Below are positions 50,990-64,000 of a DNA stretch of 64,000 nt, in pieces (within the stretch, counting starts at the first letter, position 1; each line of letters starts with the position of its first letter). The notes under the pieces are model-generated. The model was not told the DNA's origin and ran no database searches. It saw only the letters and a program-made list of their open reading frames with translations. The translations under genes and the position numbers were made by a program. The stretch covers positions 40,920,001-40,984,000 of the forward strand of contig OX597819.1 of assembly GCA_951406725.2 (NCBI GenBank). Direction: 5' to 3'. Origin of the DNA: Octopus vulgaris (Eukaryota).

Positions 50990-51185
50990 CCAAAAGAAGA
51001 AAATGCGAAAAAAAAACCATAGCAACGCGAGGACGTGGTACATGTATTGTATTAGCAGACGATCAGAGAAGGAAAGAAAGATAGTTTAACGTTTCGAGCA
51101 GACGCTCTTCTTCGGAAACAGAGGAAAGTCCAATAGAAGGGAAGATGGAGGAAGAAAATCGCCAACGATTCACATGAGGTTACAT
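50990..51185 (-). mobile_element. Short PLE-3'-end-like repeat with degenerate hammerhead core (51085-51118)
   Basis: Reverse complement TTT CCGAAGA A GAGC GTCT GCTC GAAACGTTA AA; homologous to 31360-31570. Confidence 0.55.
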
Positions 51186-51223
51186 GTATATATATGCATG
51201 TGTATATATATATGTATGTATAT

Positions 51224-51302
<79 letters not shown>

Positions 51303-51364
51303 AATCTATGTGTATATATATATATATGTATATGTATATATATATATATGTATGTATACTTATG

Positions 51365-51421
<57 letters not shown>

Positions 51422-51679
51422 TGTATCTATGTATATATACATACACACGTACATATATGTAACGTTTTATAATTTCCATATGAATATTTTCCTATTAAAG
51501 CTATTTCTTTTGTTATTTTCCCAACAGTTTTTCTTGCACCTATCAACACTCGATCTGTGAGTCACGCTTAGTGTTTACTTTAAAAGTGACAACAAAACAG
51601 TATTAGTTTGTGGCTATTCTTGAATAACAAAACAAACGTGAACGATATATACGAAACACTAAAGATTAAACACAGAAGA

Positions 51680-51750
<71 letters not shown>

Positions 51751-51812
51751 AATCTATCATCTTCTTCTCACTCTCTATGTATATACATGCATACATACAT
51801 ATATACATACAT

Positions 51813-51893
<81 letters not shown>

Positions 51894-51977
51894 CATATAC
51901 ACACACACATACATTCATCGGTTGAAAGACACACACACACACATATATCTTTCTACATGTGTATATATATATTTATG

Positions 51978-52030
<53 letters not shown>

Positions 52031-52085
52031 GCATATACACACACACATACATACATTCATCGGTTGAAAGACACACACACACATA

Positions 52086-52127
<42 letters not shown>

Positions 52128-52131
<4 letters not shown>

Positions 52132-52333
52132 CTAGTGGTTAGGGCAGCGGACTTGCGGTCGGATGATCGCGGTTTCGATTCCCAGACCGGGCGTTGTGTG
52201 TGTTTATTGAGCGAAAAAAACACCTAAAAGCTCCACGAGGCTCCGGCAGGAGGTGGTGATCCCTGCTGTACTCTTTCACCACTCTAAAGGCGGTGCTCCA
52301 GCATGGCCGCAGTCAAATGACTGAAACAAGTAC
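52128..52333 (+). mobile_element. Chimeric SINE: family C head joined to family A tail
   Basis: TGGCCTAGTGGTTAGGGCAGCGGAC...CTCTTTCACCACT then CTAAAGGCGGTGCTCCAGCATGGCCGCAGTCAAATGACTGAAACAAGTA. Confidence 0.75.
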
Positions 52334-52334
52334 A

Positions 52335-52392
<58 letters not shown>

Positions 52393-52457
52393 TGTTTCTA
52401 CCGATGAATGATGTATGTATGTATGTATGTATGTATGTATGTATGTATGTACGTGTG

Positions 52458-52515
<58 letters not shown>

Positions 52516-52516
52516 A

Positions 52517-52637
<121 letters not shown>

Positions 52638-53243
52638 ATTCTCTTCTGCTGTCTTTCTACTCCATCGTAGAACATCTCTATTACATATCAATATACCCAA
52701 GTTCAATTTTTTCTTTTTACTCTTTTCTTAAAATCTTACTACATTTCTTTCATTTTGTTTCCATGTTACCCGTTGTCTGTTTCTTTATATATTGCAATCA
52801 AGTCACTGTTCAAGCTTTTGAAACTCACCTCGCTTACAAACACTCGATATCACATTCAAAGCACGTTCTTTAGATTTGCTAAAAGAAATATGTGCTAATG
52901 ATAATAATAAACACCATAATAGGTCTGTGTTTCTACGAGACTTTAGTTAACCAATTACTATATTCAGAGTTGTTAGTTATCAGTCTTATCGTACAGACAG
53001 ACACAGGTTGGTATAATGTTACAACGAAGTTAGTTTGACTTTCGTGTCTGGTGTAATAAGTCAGTGGTTTTTGCATCACCTGACATTGCCCTTAACATTA
53101 CTGGACATGGTACGACACACACGCACATATACATATATATATATATATATGCATAAATACATACGTATATGTACATATTTACATCTATACGTATATATAT
53201 ATATATGCATACATATATACGTATATGTACATATTTATATATA

Positions 53244-53323
<80 letters not shown>

Positions 53324-53978
53324 GCATATGTGGGCACATGACGTCACGAACGTGTACAACAAAAAATACGAAGTACGAGTACATGGAATATGAACTATTA
53401 TTTTTCGAACAACGAAAGAAACAAATAGGAAACAAAACAAACAACATATAGTACGACCCTTCATCAGTTGTTGACTGTTTTTCTACTCTCGTATTTCGAC
53501 TATGTAACAACAATACACGCTTTCGATAAAACAGTTGCTCCCGCAAAGCAAATTAAATAACATTTGGGATTTTGCGGGGGGTCAAAATTGGTAACACAAA
53601 CAGGACAATAAAAACTAACAGGAAGGGCTGCTAAGCCTAAACGATGTTTTGATAGCGAACGCGTAAATCAAACTTTGACAGGAGACAGACAAGAACACGT
53701 CTTCCTTGTTCCACCTACAACGGAGAGAAAGAAAGAAACACAAGTTAGGATAAGAAAGAAAGATGACCGATGATCACGTGGGAGGCAGGTGATCAAGGGA
53801 GGAGGAATGAGGGAGAGAGAGAGTGAGAGAGTAATAGCATAGAATAATTGGAGAAGAGGAGGTAAAAGAATAAGGGAGAGAAAAACGAAAGAGTAAAAAG
53901 ATATATAGTGTGCACATCAGAACTATTAAGATAAAACTTATTTGGAAGAGGATGCGTAAGTTTTATACAATACATATA

Positions 53979-54015
<37 letters not shown>

Positions 54016-54019
<4 letters not shown>

Positions 54020-54625
54020 AATAAGTATCCGGACTGTTGCCGTAGTAATGAAGCTGAAGCAAGCAGAGTAAAGCTGCTTGGCAAAGATTGACCTTGAACT
54101 CTTCCGTGCATGTGCACTAAATTTTAACGCTCTAGCTCACTTCCACTGTTTACAGCAGTGCTTGGTATGAAGGTGGGTTGCGTGTGATCGTCGCATTGGC
54201 CGTGACAGAGAAAGTTGTCATGGCGATACCTGCTCAGTGGCCTATGCAAAGCTGCAGAAAGTATATGGAGAGGCGTTTATGAGCCGCACACAAGTGTACG
54301 AGTGGTTCATACGTTTCCAAAGTGGCCGAAAAATGTCGATATTGACTAACATTCTGGGAGACATGCAACCAGCAGAACTGAGAAAAACATTACAGGTGTG
54401 CTTGCAGCTGTGACAGGAAATCGTCGAATCACCATCAGTGAGTCATCAGAGGATGTGCAGATTAGTTACGGTTCATTTCAGTCCATTATCAACGAAGATT
54501 TGGGTATGAGACACGTGTCTACCTAGTTTCTGCCCATACTGCTTTCAGCTGACCAAAAAGACACTCGGGTTTCAATTGCACAAGATCTCCTTGATTGTGT
54601 CGAGAACGATGAAAACTTTTAAAAA
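54016..54625 (+). mobile_element. Mariner 5' half (HTH region), degenerate
   Basis: YAKLQKVYGEAFMSRTQVYEWFIRFQSGRK; highly similar in reverse to 63240-63743. Confidence 0.8.
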
Positions 54626-54659
54626 ACTTTGCGTAGGCCTCTAAGCAGGTATCGTCAAG

Positions 54660-55170
54660 CTTTCGAAAGCTAAAGAATCAAGTGAACAACATCCTGCATG
54701 TTGACAGTGAATTCTCCAAGGGAGTTCACTTCTTTTTGGCCTCTCATACAAACCCAAAGAGTAGGGCTTGCATGTCGCAGCAAAGACTTTGAAAAGAAAG
54801 TCTCTGCACACTACAAAAAACTTATGCATGGATATGCTTTCCCTAAACTAGAAAAGAATTACAATATTAACATGAAGTGTAGACCGCTATTGGACTCAAG
54901 ACCACGTCATCATGTCGCAACTTGAAGTCTATGCTTTTACAATCGTAAATGTTTCATGAACAAACGGAACAGCGAAGCCATTAAAATCCCATGATGCAAC
55001 CGCAGATGTTGATTATGTGGCTTCGGTGGAAAACATAACACATATAATCAGCTGCTGTCCAACAATATGATCGAGTTACTACCGCTCACTGCGACATGAT
55101 GCTGTTAAAACAACATACAATGCCATCCGTAGGAAAAAGACTGCTCTGGGATAAGTATAAACAGTTCCGT
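54660..55170 (+). pseudogene. RLE-type (R4-like) non-LTR retrotransposon fragment, CCHC/RHD region
   Basis: RRC*LCG..ENITHIISCCPTI*SSYYRSLRHDAVK. Confidence 0.6.
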
Positions 55171-55179
55171 TGTGGAATA

Positions 55180-55400
55180 GGAGCACTCCGTCGGTTACGA
55201 CGACGAGGGTCCCAGCTGATACGATCAACGGAACAGCTTGCTCGCGAAATTAACGTGCAAGTGACTGAGCAATCCACAGACACGTGTACCCATAAAGTAG
55301 TTCTCGGGGAGAATCAGCGTGACACAAAGTGTGACAAGGCCGGCCCTTTGAAATACAGGTACAACTCATTTTTTGCCAGCTGAGTGGACTGGAGCATGGT
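55180..55400 (-). mobile_element. SINE family C-related body and 3' part
   Basis: Reverse complement matches 49860-50010 and 6900-7290. Confidence 0.7.
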
Positions 55401-55615
55401 GAAATACATAGATACATAGATACATACATACATACATACATACATACATACATACATACATACATGCATACATACATACATGCATGCATGCATACATGCA
55501 CACATTCATACATACATACATACAAACATACATACATACATGCATGCATACATGCATACATTCATACATACATACATACAAACAAACATACATGCATGCA
55601 TACATACATATATGT

Positions 55616-55900
55616 GGAGGCACATGGCTTAGTGGTTTGAGCAGCGGACTCGTGGGTTCGAATCTCATACCGGGCGATGTGTGTGTTTATGAGCGAAACA
55701 CCTAAGCTCCACGCGGCTCCGACAGAAGGTAATGGCGAACTTCTGCTGACTCTTTCGTCACAACTTTCTCTCACTCCTCTTTCCTCCTGCATCTTGCAGC
55801 TCACCTGCGACGGACCGGCATCCCGTCCAGGTGGGGAACCTATACGCCAAGGAAACCGGGAAACCGGCTCTAATGAGCCAGGCGTGGCTCGAGAAGGAAC
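55616..55900 (+). mobile_element. SINE family C head with a V-domain-like tail
   Basis: tRNA-like head; ACCTGCGACGGACCGGCATCCCGTCCAGG...GGAAACCGGG resembles the V-SINE central domain as recalled. Confidence 0.65.
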
Positions 55901-57004
55901 ACATACATACATACATACATACATAATCAGCCCAAGGAATATTATTGGGTCATTCTCATCGAAACGTCTACCAAGTGCAAACTTAAAAGACCTGACATAG
56001 TTATTTGGGATGGAAAAGAGAATTCATGTACAGTCATAGATTTTAGTTACGTAGCAGTTGTAAGTATTTCTTCCAAAATCAATGAGGAGAATATTTATGG
56101 ACAGTTACTTTGAAACCAGCCTCTACGTTCTACATTCATACCAATAACCGTTGATGCATTCCGTTGTGTTAATAACTGTCTAAGCGACGATTTGGAGAAG
56201 TTGGAGAAGCTAGAATTTAAAAGCAAAAGAAAGACCCGGCTAACACGAACTTTACAGACACAATCTGTAATTTGAACAGCAAAAATATCCAAGACTTTGT
56301 GACAATTATTGTTGTTATTCAGACTCCAAGGATGCAGTTTGTCTCTTTCATAGGAACCGACTCCCATCTTCTAAAACGGATACTAATGAAAAAATGTAAG
56401 AAAAAGACATATGCACATATACATAAATGTATTCTCCCCTCAAGTCTCAGTCATTATATTATGACCTTCTTGAGGCTGTTAGGAAATATTCTATTCCAAT
56501 GAACTAAAAACATACTTTATCGACCTTGGAATTGTAATAGACGAAATTTCCGTCCTCTGTATTAATTCTGTTTATATCAAATTACTAGGCAGATCTAAAC
56601 GATTATACTCCAACCATAGAGGTTGTGATTCTAGAAAAGGTGGTTGTTAGCCTCTCTTAGGAATCTTTATTATTATTACTGCCAGTAAAGAAGTTAGAAC
56701 ATTCAAATGCATATCCTGTGTTGGACGTTAAACATAATATAAGGAACACACACACACACACACGAAAATATATTTCGTTAATAAAATAATTTGTCCATAT
56801 TTTTAAATTAGAATTGGTTGTTTTTTAAAAAAAATAAATGACATTACGTTTGAATGTTTTTCGAGCAATTCATTTTTCAGTCATATTGTTTTTCTACTAG
56901 CATGCCCTTTGAATAATTTGACTTCGGCCAACATACTTTCGATCAATGCACTTTCGACTAATCCATTTTGATGTATTTGTGATAGGTGAATGTGTTGTAT
57001 TCCA

Positions 57005-57075
<71 letters not shown>

Positions 57076-57159
57076 CTAATATAGGATAGAGTTTTTCGAA
57101 AAAAATTCTATCAATGGCCAGCATATTAAAAAATACCTTTAAAGGTTAAATTTATAAAC

Positions 57160-57311
57160 AATTTATAAGCAAGGGCAAAAGAAAAATATTTCTAATGTCA
57201 AAATATGCCGAAAATGACACTTGCTTGTAGTGATAAATTACATGGTTATTGACGTAGTGTCCATTTTCGGCATATTTTGGCATTAGAAAATTTTTTCTTC
57301 TGCCCTTACTT

Positions 57312-57318
<7 letters not shown>
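57160..57318. repeat. Small fold-back, ~62-bp arms with ~34-bp spacer
   Basis: AATTTATAAGCAAGGGCA...AAAATATGCCGAAAATGACACT versus AGTGTCCATTTTCGGCATATTTT...TGCCCTTACTTATAAATT. Confidence 0.85.
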
Positions 57319-57356
<38 letters not shown>

Positions 57357-58364
57357 GGTGTGCGTGAGTGTGTGTGTAATACATCAGTATATATTTAATG
57401 TATTTATGACACACGTATGCTTATTGTATGTGCTTGCGAGAGAGTGTAAATATATTTGTATGTGTCTTTTAATTATATTATTTGAAAGACTTTAAAAGCA
57501 TTTAAAGGTTTGCCCGTATATTTTTATTGGATTTGCCGTTGAAATAATATATTTAAAAAGGAAAAGAATATATTGTTTATTTTTAAAGTTAAGTGTTACG
57601 AAGTGATAATCTGAACTTCTGCTTTGCGATACAAACATCTGAGGAGGATTTTTTTCCCTTTCTCTTTTCAATTGTGCTGTGCAAGATAATAAAATCACCG
57701 AACGTCCAGGAAATAGGCTCTGACGAAATAAACGCATAGCCAAGGCCATAATGGTTAGTAGGTTCGCTTCGCAATGCATGGGCTTGGATTCGAACCCACT
57801 ATGAGGCATGCTGTGGGAGACTTTTCTGCTATATATCCTTGGGCCTTGCAATTGAAATTTGGTAACCAGAACTATTCCTGGGTGGTAGACTTAATCCTTG
57901 TCTCGGTTTAACACCGCCACCTGGTTCTCACAACGCATTTGTCAATTATTTATTATTAAGTGACATGAAAGCGTCAGTTATCACTTCTAAACACTTTTGT
58001 ACATCTGATAACAAGTACTTATACAAAAATTGTCAGTATTTCAGAAAATTCACTAATAAAATTATCACGATCTATTATAAGAATACGCAATTTTATACTT
58101 ACTTTACAATTTCATGACACGTCATTCATGCATGATTTCATAAGCATTCATCATCTGTGGGAAAATAAAGTAGAAACGTATGAAATTTAAAGAAAGTTAT
58201 TTTCTATGGAAACATAAGCATTATTGCTACTTTACACAGGACTACAAATGTGACTGCAGCTGTTGTTTAGCGCCTGGTCATTTCTGATCGAGCAGACTTA
58301 TAACCAAAGACACTCAACTTGTGACCCATTCCATTCTCGGAGAAACTAAATTATCTAATGTGTT

Positions 58365-58520
58365 GTGGCTGTATGGTTAAGGAGCTTGCTTCTCAAGCAA
58401 GTGGTCTTGGGTTCAGTCCCACTGCATGGCACCTAAGGCAAGTGTCTTCTACTATAGCTCCGAGCCGACCAAAGTCTTGTGAGTGAATTTAGTCAAAGGA
58501 AACCGAAAGAAGACCGTCGT
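58365..58520 (+). mobile_element. SINE family A, 5' part, diverged
   Basis: GTGGCTGTATGGTTAAG...GGGTTCAGTCCCACTGC...GGCAAGTGTCTTCTACTATAGC. Confidence 0.7.
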
Positions 58521-58527
58521 GTATCAA

Positions 58528-58587
<60 letters not shown>

Positions 58588-58604
58588 GTCATACACACAC
58601 ACAC

Positions 58605-58635
<31 letters not shown>

Positions 58636-58641
58636 CATACA

Positions 58642-58706
<65 letters not shown>

Positions 58707-59459
58707 GTATATATCTATTTGTTCCCCACCACCTATTGACAACTGGTGAAATGTTTGGACAAATTGAAACATCGCAAATTATCCATGCAATTAGTAGACA
58801 AAAACTCCCTGCAGATGTTCGCTGAGGAGGTCTATTATAATCGAAACATGTACGTTGCTATCAAGAGTTGGCTTAAAAAGAAAACCCCTCCTTTTACAGC
58901 GATTTTAGTTGTTGCAAAAATTCAATGAAGATGTTTTATTGGAATTACTTCCCTAGCATATGAATTTTAGAGTTTGAATATTCATAGGAGTTTTATGTAT
59001 AACCATTGCGGAAAGCAAAGGATTGCAATAATTAAAAGGAATGGTTAAAATAATTAAAAGGAATTATAAAAATTGACTAAGGGCATAAATTTAGGTAATT
59101 CAGATAGAAAGTGATGTCCTGAATAACCTGCGACTCAAGCATTGTGCCACCAAACATCTGACGCTGTTGTCTTCGACATTAGGTAGATGCTTAAATTCCG
59201 CTCTTCTTGGCTGGGACATTAATGTTAATCTATCTTAAAATAGCTGCTCAGAAATCTTGACGATATATTTTTTGATGTGAGTTGCTTTACGTATTCAAAA
59301 TGGCGGGCAACAAAGTGAAAGGAAAACAACTGTCGAACCCGTACACGATAAACTACAGTCCTCTTTACGCAGAAAGATCATCCCAGTATTGTTTGTGAAG
59401 ATGACGCCAGGGAAACTCTTGTCTGAGGTTCCGTGCATGGCATATTATTTACTTTTGGT

Positions 59460-59670
59460 AAGACAGTGAGCTGACAGAATCTTTATCATGTCGGATAAAA
59501 TACTTAGCGGTATTTCTTCCGGCTTTACGTTCTAAGTTAAGATTCCGCCGAGGTTGACTTTGCCTTTCATGCTTTTGGAGTCGATAAAATAAGTACCAGT
59601 TGAGCACTGAGGTCTAAGTAATCGACTGATCCCCTGCCCCGAAATTGCTAGCCTTGTGCCAACATTTGAA
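59460..59670 (+). mobile_element. SINE family B, diverged
   Basis: ATTCCGCCGAGGTTGACTTTGCCTTTCAT...GTCGATAAAATAAGTACCAGTTGAGCACTG. Confidence 0.7.
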
Positions 59671-60423
59671 ACTATTATTTAACCTAAATGAGTCCATCTT
59701 TCTCCATGTCTGATCGTAGGTGATTTCTTCCAGAAAAAGAGACAGGGACCGAAAGAGAAAGAGAAAAATCGACCTTAGTATAGGACCGAAAGAAAAAATT
59801 CGGGATTGGTAAAATAAGTACCAGCTGAATACTGGGGTCGATGTACTCGACTACTCGCTCCTATAAAATTTCAGGCATACTTTAGAAAAGATAATTTACT
59901 TTTGATGAAAATCCATATCTCCTCTATTGTGTTCGAATATACCGTTGTATCCATTGGGATCTACGAAATGAATAGACTGCAGTTGATTACGTGGAAGTTC
60001 GGCAGTTATTTTCCTTACCTTTTATTGTCTGTCATTTTATATATGTAATACGAAAGGTCATTGTATATTCTGTGCTTTAAAAACATAATCTCACGACGAT
60101 CTTGGCGACTACTGATAACTATATACAATATGATATAAAACCAGAGTCAATTTATAATTTATGCAGAGCAAGAAACAAAAAAAAAAAAATCAAACTTCTT
60201 TTCCTTTGATCAGTTGCATTAATCTGTCTTGTTTCTAATGGAATTTCTTTGTGATATTATAAAGACGTAAACTCTTAATGAGTCATAACTACAGGTGCAA
60301 CACCAAATTTCAGGAGACTGATAATCCGGAACCTCTTATAATACGTACGAATTTATGACAAGGAACTTCAAATTCCTGCGGCCGCTAGACGAGAACATGA
60401 GGCAACTCAGATTCAAGGTACTT

Positions 60424-60456
<33 letters not shown>

Positions 60457-60714
60457 GACAGGCTTCTGTACAGTTACGGTCTACGAAATTCATTCACAAG
60501 GTCGGCTGATTAGCAGTCATAATGGAGGACGCTTGACCAAGGTGACGCATAGTGAGATTGAATCCAAAACCGCGTGGTTGCAAAACGAACATCCTTACCC
60601 ACAAAACCGTACAAGGAGCCTTATGTGACATTTTCAGGTGTTACGGTCACACCTGGAATGCTTTAAATTATAGCATTATAGGCCAGCTCGATCAGGGTGG
60701 AGATGGATTTGAGC

Positions 60715-61425
60715 AACTACCAACATTATCGCCACCGCCACCAACACCACAACCACTACTACCACCACCACCACCACCACCACCACCACACCACCACCAC
60801 CACCACCACCACCACCACCACCACCACAACCACTACTACCACCACCACCACCACCACCGCCACCACTACCACCGCCACCACCACCACCACCACCACCACC
60901 ACCACCACTCACCACTTCTATAACTACCCCCATCACTACCGTCACTATCACCACCACTATCACCACTTCCACCATGTCTACTGACATCACCACCACTACA
61001 ACTACCACCACCACTTCCATAACCTCACTACTGCCACTACCACCACTGCCGCCACTACCACTGCTACCACTACCGCCACCACCATCACCACTTTTATAAC
61101 TACCCCCGTTAATACCGTCACCATCACCATCACTATCACCACCACTACCATCACCACCACTTCCACCACTTCCACCACTTCAACTGTCATCACCCCACTA
61201 CCACCACCACTTCCATAACTCCACTCCCCTCACTACTGCCACTACCACCCTTACCACCACTTCTACAAACACCCTCGTCACTACCACCACTATCACCATC
61301 ACCACTACCACAACCACCACCACCACCACCACCACCACCACCACCACCACCACCACCACCACCACCACAACAACAACAACAACAACAACAAGTGCCTTCG
61401 CCACCACCACTATCAATAACAACTA
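60715..61425. repeat. Long degenerate (CAC)n/(CAA)n trinucleotide repeat
   Basis: Direct reading; contains repeated higher-order units such as CCACTTCCATAAC. Confidence 0.9.
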
Positions 61426-61814
61426 CTATACATAAATTGTAGACAAGCCACCTTGGTTATATCATTCACAGCGAGCAGAATTTCATCAATGGCACCCTCT
61501 TAACTGATTGGCACACCAAACCTGATAATGAGAGCATTGATTTATTTTAGTTCTTGTTATTGATACACACACACACACAACTCTATCTACACTAAGGTCT
61601 AAAACAAAGAAATGACTATCCTAGCAAAATAACGAGACGTCAGATACGTTCATAGTATTCCAGTACCTAAAAACTTCAACCTTATTTTCTCTAATTCACT
61701 CTGTTGATATGCATAGAGTAATAAATATGCTTTTGCATGTGCATATGTCTACACGCATACACGCACAGACACATACGCACATACTCACACATACATAAAC
61801 ACACACAACATATA

Positions 61815-62050
61815 TATTTCTTTACTACCCACAAGGGCCTAAACATAGAGGGGACAAACAAGGACAGACAATGGGATTAAGTCGATTACATCAAGCCCCC
61901 CCCCGTACGAAAATGGTACTTTATTTATCGACCCCGAGAGGATGAAAGGCAAAGTCGACCTCGGCGGAATTTGAACTCAGAACGTAACGACAGACGAAAT
62001 ACCGCTAAGCATTTCGCCCGGCGCGCTAACGTTCCTGCCAGCTCGCCACC
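61815..62050 (-). mobile_element. SINE family B, full length
   Basis: Matches 15333-15562. Confidence 0.85.
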
Positions 62051-62083
62051 TTAACACATATGTCCGCCACAACATATATGTGC

Positions 62084-62152
<69 letters not shown>

Positions 62153-62839
62153 TATATTAAAATTCTTACATATGTGCAAATACAAACACATAGAAATGTA
62201 TATATGTAATTTAACACACATACATACGCACACACATAAACACAGACACATACACACACACTCATACTCGGATACAAATATATATATAATTCATATAATG
62301 CAATATGTGCGTGTGTGTGTATGTGTGTATGCATACGTATATATGTATGTAGGCAGGCACGCACACACACACACAAGCACACACACCAGAAATCAAGCAT
62401 CCAATAAGCCGATAACTATTTTTAGTTCTATTGTCGATCTTGAAAAACATGCTTTCTGCTGAAGTAATAATGTGCGAGCCATCTGACAGCTTTCTGATGC
62501 TGAGATTACTTGGAACAGGAAATGAAAGGCAAGGTCAGTTCATATTTAACGTTGTCGTCGTTCACTCCGTTAGTAGCCAATGAAATGAAAGACACATTTT
62601 GTCTTTCATCTCACCTGTCCTGTCTTACATCATAGTATCTAGCTAAGCTATATTAATCCCCTTATTTTTCATATTACAACATAAATGGCTCTGTGGTAAG
62701 AAGCTTGCTTCCTAACCACAAGGTCTCGGTTTCAGTCCCCCTGCGCATCATCTTGGGCAAGCATCTTCTACTATAGTCCAAGGCCGGCCAAAACCTTGTG
62801 AGTCGATCTGATAGCCGGAAACTGAAAGAAGACAGTACC

Positions 62840-63072
62840 TATTTCTTTACTGCCCACAAGGGGCTACACACAGAGGGGACAAACAAGGACAGACAAACGG
62901 ATTAAGTCGATTATATCGACCCCAGTATGTAATTGGTACTTAATTTATCGACCCCGAAAGGATGAACGGCAAAGTCGACCTCGACGTAATTTGAACTCAG
63001 AACGTAGCGGCAGACGAAATACGGCTACGCATTTCACCTGGCGTGCTAACGTTTCTGCCAGCTCGCCGCCTT
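62840..63072 (-). mobile_element. SINE family B inserted into a SINE family A copy (62686-62830), with 14-bp TSD
   Basis: AAGAAGACAGTACC at 62826-62839 and 63073-63086. Confidence 0.9.
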
Positions 63073-63100
63073 AAGAAGACAGTACCATCGCATGTAAGTA

Positions 63101-63743
63101 CGCGGTCTGATCAATAAGTACCAGGACTGTTGTCATAGTAACGAAGCTAAAGCACGCAGAGTAAAGTCACTTGGCTCAGATTGATCTTGAACTCTGCTGT
63201 GCATGCGCTCTAAGTTTTAATCTTCTTGGCAGGCACGCGTCTCCTACACAAATCTTGAGTGATAATGGACTGAAATGAACCGTAACTAATCCGCACATCC
63301 TCTGATGACTCACTGATGGTGATTCGACGATTTCCTGTCACAGCTGCAAGCACACCTGTAATATTTTTCTCAGTTCTGCTGGTTGCATGTCTCCCAGAAT
63401 GTTAGTCAATATCGACATTTTTCGGCCACTTTGGAAACTTATGAACCACTCGTACACTTGTGTGCGACTCATAAACGCCTCTCCATATACTTTCTGCAGT
63501 TTTGCATAGGCCACTGAGCAGGTATCGCCATGACAACTTTCTCTGTCACGGCTAATGCGATGATTACACGCAACCCACCTTCATACCAAGCACTGCTGTA
63601 AACAGTGGAAGTGAGCTAGAGCGTTAAAACTTAGTGCACATGCACAACAGAGTTCAAGGTCAATCTTTGCCAAGCAGCTTCACTCTGCGTGCTTCAGCGT
63701 CGCTACAATGGCAACAGTCCTGATACTTAATGATCAGACCTCG
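63101..63743 (-). mobile_element. Non-autonomous mariner derivative with ~120-bp inverted ends
   Basis: TA-CGCGGTCTGATCAATAAGTA... and ...TACTTAATGATCAGACCTCG-TA; inverted similarity extends ~120 bp; interior is the transposase HTH region. Confidence 0.85.
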
Positions 63744-64000
63744 TATGTATGTATGTATGTATGTATGTATGTATGTATGTATGTATGTATGTATGTATGT
63801 ATGTATGTATGTATGTATGTATGTATGTCTGTACGTATGTGTGTGTGAGTGTGTATATATATATATTAAGAACAAACTTACTTAGAAATGGATGCGTACG
63901 TTCCGTCATATAATAACAAATTAATAAATAAAACACATGCATATATACATACATATATGTACGTACCTACATCTACATGTATATATACATGCATATATGG

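Noticed and set aside
53400-53475. CTGATGAAGGG on the minus strand near a (TA)n tract
   Set aside because: Could be a PLE end, but I could not find a closing stem II, GAAA and cleavage triplet
60552-61422. Thr/His/Val/Gly-rich ORFs resembling a mucin or His-rich protein
   Set aside because: (CAC)n repeat with frame-breaking indels and no flanking coding or splice evidence

Overview
AT-rich, microsatellite-saturated eukaryotic DNA, mostly intergenic or intronic. The repeat repertoire looks like an octopus/coleoid cephalopod genome (inference). Nearly all ORF-track entries are microsatellite or SINE artefacts. Supportable content: one probable small host gene (PRR15/ATAD4-like, 35051-35368, minus); a young Penelope-like retroelement (RT plus GIY-YIG) with an inverted ~790-bp copy of its 3' end; older Penelope, L1/Tx1, RTE, R4-like, CR1-like, Helitron and Tc1/mariner remnants; three tRNA-derived SINE families; MITEs; and a TGT...ACA element with a 4-bp TSD. 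The most striking pattern is about a dozen minimal type-I hammerhead ribozyme (HHR) motifs, most with palindromic stem III. Their catalytic 3-8 pair occurs as C-G, U-A and G-C, and two long DNA palindromes carry one ribozyme on each strand. All coordinates and foldings were read by eye; the boundaries of degenerate elements are approximate.
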